A stretch of DNA of 64,000 bases. Origin: a virus. The translations under genes and the position numbers were made by a program. This document shows, one piece after another, positions 58,539 to 64,000 of the stretch; positions within the stretch are counted from its first letter, which is position 1, and every line of letters begins with the position of its first letter. The stretch lies in the IMG/VR virus record IMGVR_UViG_3300028029_000006, positions 184,236-248,235 of that record; one strand, given 5' to 3'. Under the pieces are notes generated by a model. The model saw only the letters and a program-made list of their open reading frames with translations, was not told where the DNA came from and did not search any database.

Positions 58539-60512
58539 ATGAGTAAAAAACCTGTAATTCCTGATAGAATCAAACTTCAATACGCAAAAGATATTATTCA
58601 ATTAGAAGATGAACGGGTTGCAGATATTATGTTAAATTTAACAATGAAAGAATCTCTTAAAGAAGAAATAGATGGAATCATTTGTGATAATTTAAATTTT
58701 AATCCTCTTGATTATGATGAAGATGAAGTTTTGATCATAACTAATAATCTTATCCAAGAGATAAAAAGCAAATTATCTTGGGTTTATGTTTCTACTCATA
58801 AAACATTATCTGAAGATTTTATTAGAGAATTTCAAGATGAAGTGAGTTGGGGTTGTATTTCTAGCTCTCAAGATTTATCTGAAGATTTTATTAAAGAATT
58901 TCAAGATAAAGTAGATTGGAAATTTATATTTTGGTGTCAAAAGTTATCAGAAGATTTCATAAGAGAGTTTAAAGATAAAGTATATTGGAATGGTTTATCT
59001 TTGAATCAAAAGTTATCAGAAGATTTTATTAGAGAATTTCAAGATAAAGTAGATTGGATATTTATATCTTATTATCAGAAATTATCAGAAGATTTTATTA
59101 GAGAGTTTAAAGATAAAGTAGATTGGGAATGTATATCTTCTCATCAAACATTATCAGAAGATTTTATTAGAGAATTTCAAGATAAAGTAGACTGGTATGA
59201 AATATCTCAATATCAAAATTTATCAGAAGATTTTATTAGAGAATTTCAAGATAAAGTAGACTGGTTAGAGATTTCATCAGAGCAAAAATTATCTAACAAA
59301 TTTCTTTTTGAATTTGTTAACGAAATTGATTGGAATCAAATTTCTGAAAAACAAAAAAATGATTTTTCCAATCATCTTAATGAAGATGATTGGCAGGGTT
59401 TACTTTGTTATAAAGTCTTGTCTGAAGATTTCAAAGAAGAGTTCAAACACAAACTTAAACCAAATGAAAAAGAATCAATGAAAAAGTCCTTAAAGGAAGA
59501 GATTAAAGATATTGCTTTGTTATATGATGACATTGCAATTGAGTTTGATGTAAATGGAGATGTTATTATATCAGAAGAGTTTTTGGCTAATTTTAGAGAT
59601 GAGGTAAATTGGAATTATATATCTTGGCATAAAAAACTATCAGAAGATTTTATTAGAGAATTTAAAGATAAAGTAATTTGGATTGATATATCTTATAATC
59701 AAAAATTATCTGAAGATTTTATTAGAGAATTTCAAGATAAAGTGAGTTGGGGTTGTATTTCTAGCTCTCAAGATTTATCTGAAGATTTTATTAGAGAATT
59801 TCAAGATAAAGTAAATTGGGGTTGTATTTCTAGCTATCAAGATTTATCTGAAGATTTTATTAGAGAATTTCAAGATAAAGTAAATTGGACTAATATATCT
59901 TTGAATCAAAAGTTATCAGAAGATTTAAAAGAAAAGTTCAAACACAAGCTAACACAAAAGAAAGAAAAAACAATGAACGAAGAAAAATCACAAATGGATT
60001 TGGTAAAACAATCTGGAAAAAAAATCACTAATTCAATCAAACATGGCGTTGCAATTGGAGCAGCAACCGAAGGAGCTAACTACGCATTCAATCTAATAGC
60101 AAAGCAACTTGGGCTATCAGAAGAAGTATTGAACAATCCAGTTCAACGAGAACTTCTTATGGGATTGGCTGTTGCCGCACTTCATGTAGGCTCAACTGTA
60201 TTTGAAGATCAAATTCCTGGTATGGATAAGGTACAATCTGGATGTGAATTAGTTATCCAAGGTAAAAGCAAAGATAACTTCTCCGCAATTGCTCAACAAT
60301 TTATTCCTATTCTTATGAATGCTGCTCAAATGATGGATCCACAAGTAGCTATGGAAAATATGATGAAGGACGCAAACAAAGTTCGAATTGCTCAAGATAA
60401 AGATAAATTGAGAGTTGAATCTAAATTGGTTAATTCTTCTGATGAGGATATTGAAGTTGAGATTGAAAATGAAACAAAGAAAAAGCAAGAGCTAAAAATG
60501 GTAGCTAAATAA
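58539..60512 (+). CDS. double Trp-repeat protein fused to KHG-GAATEGAN domain
   Basis: Two capped repeat arrays plus the shared C-domain. Confidence 0.85.
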   Translation: MSKKPVIPDRIKLQYAKDIIQLEDERVADIMLNLTMKESLKEEIDGIICDNLNFNPLDYDEDEVLIITNNLIQEIKSKLSWVYVSTHKTLSEDFIREFQDEVSWGCISSSQDLSEDFIKEFQDKVDWKFIFWCQKLSEDFIREFKDKVYWNGLSLNQKLSEDFIREFQDKVDWIFISYYQKLSEDFIREFKDKVDWECISSHQTLSEDFIREFQDKVDWYEISQYQNLSEDFIREFQDKVDWLEISSEQKLSNKFLFEFVNEIDWNQISEKQKNDFSNHLNEDDWQGLLCYKVLSEDFKEEFKHKLKPNEKESMKKSLKEEIKDIALLYDDIAIEFDVNGDVIISEEFLANFRDEVNWNYISWHKKLSEDFIREFKDKVIWIDISYNQKLSEDFIREFQDKVSWGCISSSQDLSEDFIREFQDKVNWGCISSYQDLSEDFIREFQDKVNWTNISLNQKLSEDLKEKFKHKLTQKKEKTMNEEKSQMDLVKQSGKKITNSIKHGVAIGAATEGANYAFNLIAKQLGLSEEVLNNPVQRELLMGLAVAALHVGSTVFEDQIPGMDKVQSGCELVIQGKSKDNFSAIAQQFIPILMNAAQMMDPQVAMENMMKDANKVRIAQDKDKLRVESKLVNSSDEDIEVEIENETKKKQELKMVAK

Positions 60513-60540
60513 ACAAAAGGTAAGATAATATCTTACCAAT

Positions 60541-60613
60541 ACCTCGGTAGCATAAAGGATAATGTAGCTGACTTCTAATCAGTTAAATGAGGGTTCGAGT
60601 CCTTCCCGAGGTG
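60541..60613 (+). tRNA. trnR: tRNA-Arg(TCT), second copy
   Basis: ACCTCGG/CCGAGGT; GCTGA-CT TCT AA-TCAGT. Confidence 0.88.
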
Positions 60614-60642
60614 CTAGTTAATATGATTAAATTAAAAAAGGA

Positions 60643-60942
60643 ATGTTTAAGTTTTTAGAAAGACTTAAAGATAAATCTAAACCAATCACTTATAAAAATG
60701 ATGAAGAATATTATTTATCAGATTACTTAATCAGTTGTAATTTAATTAAAGATCATTCTGGTTATTGTTTCTTAACACCAGAAGGTGAAGAATTTTTGAA
60801 AAAAGGATGTCATAAAGATATTATGGATATTGAAGCAAACTTAAAAGAGCAACTAGAAATTGCAGACCGTCTTAATAATGATGTGCATTTTAATGATGAC
60901 GGGAAACGTTTAGCAGAATTAGTTGAAGCAATGAATGAATGA
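60643..60942 (+). CDS. hypothetical protein
   Basis: ORF. Confidence 0.6.
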   Translation: MFKFLERLKDKSKPITYKNDEEYYLSDYLISCNLIKDHSGYCFLTPEGEEFLKKGCHKDIMDIEANLKEQLEIADRLNNDVHFNDDGKRLAELVEAMNE

Positions 60943-61035
60943 ATGGTTTTTAATTGGAGGATTCCGTCCTCAAGGATGGAAAAATGATCGATAAGTTTAT
61001 GAATGGTTCATTTACAATTATTATGATTGTAACGA

Positions 61036-61377
61036 TTGAAGCTTTTATCTCCGTATGTTAGGAACGTTATGAATATTGGAACTGGTTTATGTTTGTTCTT
61101 TATTTTTCTTTTAAGTATATTCTGTATTGTATTGAAATATAAAATTGATATTCTTAGAATAGACATTAATTACGCAAATAAAAAAGCAAACAATGCTATG
61201 GATTCTTTATCTAAAAAAAGAGAAATAGATTTAGAATATATTAAATCTATTGATGATTTAAATCAACACAGATTTAATAAAGCCATACAATTTATTGAAG
61301 AAGAAGTTTTAGGTAGGCGAGACAAGAATAAAAATATTAACACTGATATTGAAACTGATATTAAAAAATTAAACTAA
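61036..61377 (+). CDS. membrane-anchored protein
   Basis: N-terminal TM; start uncertain. Confidence 0.5.
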   Translation: MKLLSPYVRNVMNIGTGLCLFFIFLLSIFCIVLKYKIDILRIDINYANKKANNAMDSLSKKREIDLEYIKSIDDLNQHRFNKAIQFIEEEVLGRRDKNKNINTDIETDIKKLN

Positions 61378-61387
61378 AAAAATAAAA

Positions 61388-61591
61388 ATGATTACATTAA
61401 CAGAAGAAAAAGCAAGTGACTTAATGTCAGGGCTAGGTAACCCTGGAGTATGTTTAAGTTGTGATATGATTGATGAGTATGCAGGGTGTGAACCTGATGC
61501 TTGCAATTATGAATGTCCAGAGTGTGGAGAGAATGAATTGTTTGGTCTTTCAGAAGCGATTATTATGGATAAGGTTGAGATTACTGGATGA
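61388..61591 (+). CDS. Zn-ribbon phage protein
   Basis: G.CLSC..GCEPDA..YECPECG. Confidence 0.7.
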   Translation: MITLTEEKASDLMSGLGNPGVCLSCDMIDEYAGCEPDACNYECPECGENELFGLSEAIIMDKVEITG

Positions 61592-62241
61592 CATATCAAC
61601 TACAAAGACTTCATAAATTAATCACAGCTTTAAATATTAGTGACTTGGATGTTAGTGAGGAAGTAATTCATATTACATCCATGGCTTATGTTCATAATAA
61701 AACTTTTATTATATTTAATAGAATTTTTAATAATAGATGGTTCCATTTTGATGTTACGTATATTATAGATAAAAAAATGTGGTCATGCTCTTATATGCAT
61801 GATCTTGATGTTACCCTAAAGTATGCTAAAGGTAAAAATCCCGAAGAGATGTTTCGTAATCTTACTACGATACTTAGTAAACATCAATATGTTGAAAATA
61901 AAACTTGGGATTCCTATCTTGACAAACAGCCAAATAGTATTACTAAAGAATGTAGCGAATGTGTTGAGCGAATGCTTCATTCAGTTCCTACTGCCCCATG
62001 GCCAGGAGCCCAATCAAGAGTTATTGATGGCAAAACAATGCTTCAAGTCTCTTGGAGTTATAAAGAGTTAAGTTTAGATATTACTTTCATGGAAGATGAA
62101 ACTATTGAATATGAATTTTGGAAAAAGATTGATGGCAAATTAGTTCTTGATGATAGTGAAGGTGAAGAAGATGGTGGAAACTTTAATAAATACATCGATG
62201 ATCTTGTTGGGCACTTGGCTTTTATTTACCCAAGAAGTTAA
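61588..62241 (+). CDS. hypothetical protein
   Basis: ATGA coupling. Confidence 0.65.
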   Translation: MTYQLQRLHKLITALNISDLDVSEEVIHITSMAYVHNKTFIIFNRIFNNRWFHFDVTYIIDKKMWSCSYMHDLDVTLKYAKGKNPEEMFRNLTTILSKHQYVENKTWDSYLDKQPNSITKECSECVERMLHSVPTAPWPGAQSRVIDGKTMLQVSWSYKELSLDITFMEDETIEYEFWKKIDGKLVLDDSEGEEDGGNFNKYIDDLVGHLAFIYPRS

Positions 62242-62252
62242 GGGTTATAAAG

Positions 62253-62873
62253 ATGAATGAAGAAATAACTGATGCAGTAGTTCTTGTTAAGTGTGACCTT
62301 GTGCCTTCTAAAAAATGTTTAGAACAAAACAAAGACATTATTGATAAAATCAAATCAAGAGTATTCGCTCGTGACTCTGGTTATAGTGATGAGTGGAGAG
62401 AAGCTGTTGGACATGTAGATCGCTTAGAGAGATTGGGAAAACAAAAAATCAATCTTGAAAATGCTTTAAAACAAAATAAAGTTGATTTAAAGAAATTAAA
62501 AAATAAAAAGGCTCAAACAAAAGAAGAAGTTCTTAAGTTATGTAGAGATAAACCTCGCGAAGTCTATAAATGTTATGAAGAGGACGATAAAAAATACTGC
62601 ATGGTAAATGGGAAATATCATAGCAAAAACGATCTGCCGGCAATTGAATATGCCAATGGAGAAAAGTATTGGTTCTGGTATGGTGAGCTGCATAGGGAAA
62701 ATGGTCCCGCCTGGATCAGTTCAAATGGAAATAAAAAATGGTATGCAAATGGGAAACTTCATAGATTAGATGGACCAGCATTTGAATTAGCCAATGGAAA
62801 AAAATATTGGTTTATCGAAGGCAAAAAGTATACTGAAGAAGAGTTTAAACAACAAATAACAAAAGGAGTTTAG
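62253..62873 (+). CDS. coiled-coil plus HRENDLPA-repeat protein
   Basis: Unrelated N-domain followed by three repeats. Confidence 0.8.
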   Translation: MNEEITDAVVLVKCDLVPSKKCLEQNKDIIDKIKSRVFARDSGYSDEWREAVGHVDRLERLGKQKINLENALKQNKVDLKKLKNKKAQTKEEVLKLCRDKPREVYKCYEEDDKKYCMVNGKYHSKNDLPAIEYANGEKYWFWYGELHRENGPAWISSNGNKKWYANGKLHRLDGPAFELANGKKYWFIEGKKYTEEEFKQQITKGV

Positions 62874-63052
62874 TATGAAAAGTATTTTAGGTAGATTAGT
62901 TGGTTTGGTTTTAAGTTCGGTTAAGGCAAGAATGCAATTGGTTAAGAGCATTGGGAAGAGATTCTTTTGGATTGGGTTAACTGTTGGGCTGGCTGCTGGA
63001 TTGCCTATTGGATTCTTACTGTCATGGCTTGTAGGTTTGGTAATGTAGAGTA

Positions 63053-63376
63053 ATGAATAATGATATGGAATCAACACTTACCATAGATAAATACGGTGAT
63101 AAAAGCTGGGTATTACTAAATGGAAATCTTCATAGAGATAATGGCCCAGCTTTTGAGTCTGTAGATGGTGATAAGTGTTGGTATGTTAATGGTTTACGTC
63201 ATAGAATAGATGGCCCAGCTTATGAAGATTGTGATGGGACTAAACTTTGGTACTTTGAAGGTGTTCAGTATTCTGAAAAAGAGTTTAATGAAAAAATGAA
63301 TCCTGAACAAGAATCTTGTAATGGTAAGATGGTTGAAGTTAATGGTAAGAAATATAAATTAGTTGAATTAGAATAA
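63053..63376 (+). CDS. HRENDLPA-repeat protein with GKMVEVNGKKYKL tail
   Basis: Two repeats plus tail. Confidence 0.8.
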   Translation: MNNDMESTLTIDKYGDKSWVLLNGNLHRDNGPAFESVDGDKCWYVNGLRHRIDGPAYEDCDGTKLWYFEGVQYSEKEFNEKMNPEQESCNGKMVEVNGKKYKLVELE

Positions 63377-63381
63377 TTATT

Positions 63382-63849
63382 ATGATTGAGTATAAAGTAG
63401 AAGTTGATGATAACAATGCTATTTGGCGTTTAGATGGTAAATTGCATAGAGAAGGAGATTTGCCAGCAATTGAATATGAAAATGGAGATAATATTTGGTA
63501 TGTAAATGGGAAACTTCATAGAGAAAATGATAAGCCTGCTATTGAGTCTACAAATGGTTATAAACAATGGTATGTAAATGGGAAACATCATAGAACAAAT
63601 GGTGCAGCTATTGAATGGTCAGATGGATCCAAAGAATGGTATCTTGAAGGTGTGAACTATTCTGAAGAAGAATTTAATGAAGAAATTATTAGACTAGGCA
63701 TTGCTATTACAGTTAAAATATCAACTGAAATCAAAAGCAAAACCAATAACGAACACAAAAGTTTTTATCAATTAAGACTTAAAGAAAGCTTAGAAAAATC
63801 TAAGCAAGAAGAAAACAATCGTCCTTCAGGTCCTTACGAATTTCTTTGA
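63382..63849 (+). CDS. HRENDLPA-repeat protein with SGPYEFL tail
   Basis: Three repeats plus tail. Confidence 0.8.
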   Translation: MIEYKVEVDDNNAIWRLDGKLHREGDLPAIEYENGDNIWYVNGKLHRENDKPAIESTNGYKQWYVNGKHHRTNGAAIEWSDGSKEWYLEGVNYSEEEFNEEIIRLGIAITVKISTEIKSKTNNEHKSFYQLRLKESLEKSKQEENNRPSGPYEFL

Positions 63850-64000
63850 AGGAAAATTAAAATGAAAAACAATATTATACAATTAAATTGGGATTTAATT
63901 TCTAATAAAATTGATGTATCATGTGAAGTAGATGATATTGAGGAGTCATATTATGATGATAACATCTTTATTGCAGATGATGAAGAGTGGATGGTATTAA

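Noticed and set aside
58790-59930. 66-bp periodic repeats resembling a CRISPR array
   Set aside because: They are in-frame coding repeats with only 6-nt variable patches; no spacers or cas genes
31026-63077. Minus-strand ORFs in the right arm (e.g. 36010..36681, 46838..47164, 50986..51177)
   Set aside because: Antisense shadows of plus-strand genes or RNAs
1-64000. Eukaryotic giant virus origin, suggested by the repeat families
   Set aside because: Peptidoglycan hydrolases, lipoboxes, SD sites, coupled ATGA/TAATG operons and sigma54/IHF motifs indicate a bacteriophage

Overview
AT-rich segment of a large (jumbo-like) dsDNA bacteriophage genome, read in genetic code 11. No capsid, tail, polymerase or terminase genes were recognised. 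Bases 1-4 kb carry cell-wall hydrolases (GH73-like, amidase) and an HNH endonuclease. Bases 4-29 kb are mostly minus-strand accessory genes: macro-like, thioredoxin lipoproteins, degenerate NadE-like, TROVE-like, DEDDh exonuclease and HAD, plus plus-strand M23 peptidase and two EDxHD endonucleases. From 31 kb to the end there is one unbroken plus-strand run of small genes with 6 tRNAs. Two repeat-protein families are expanded and shuffled with shared caps and tails: a 22-aa Trp repeat (LSEDFIREFQDKVDWxxISxxQ, 8 genes) and an HRENDLPA beta-hairpin repeat (about 15 genes, 3 disrupted). The strongest unexplained signal is at the strand switch (29.9-31.0 kb). It has three sigma54-type GG-N10-GC promoters, four perfect IHF consensus sites and six TGYGRC-N6-NYCRCA dyads in an ~85-bp repeat. 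These are followed by a ~700-nt structured leader with an rrn-type boxA. The downstream region is punctuated by at least six anticodon-less tRNA-like elements, tRNA halves and a canonical type II hammerhead ribozyme. Together these suggest a host-enhancer-driven, antiterminated giant transcript processed by RNA elements (inference). All calls are by eye; no searches or folding programs were run.
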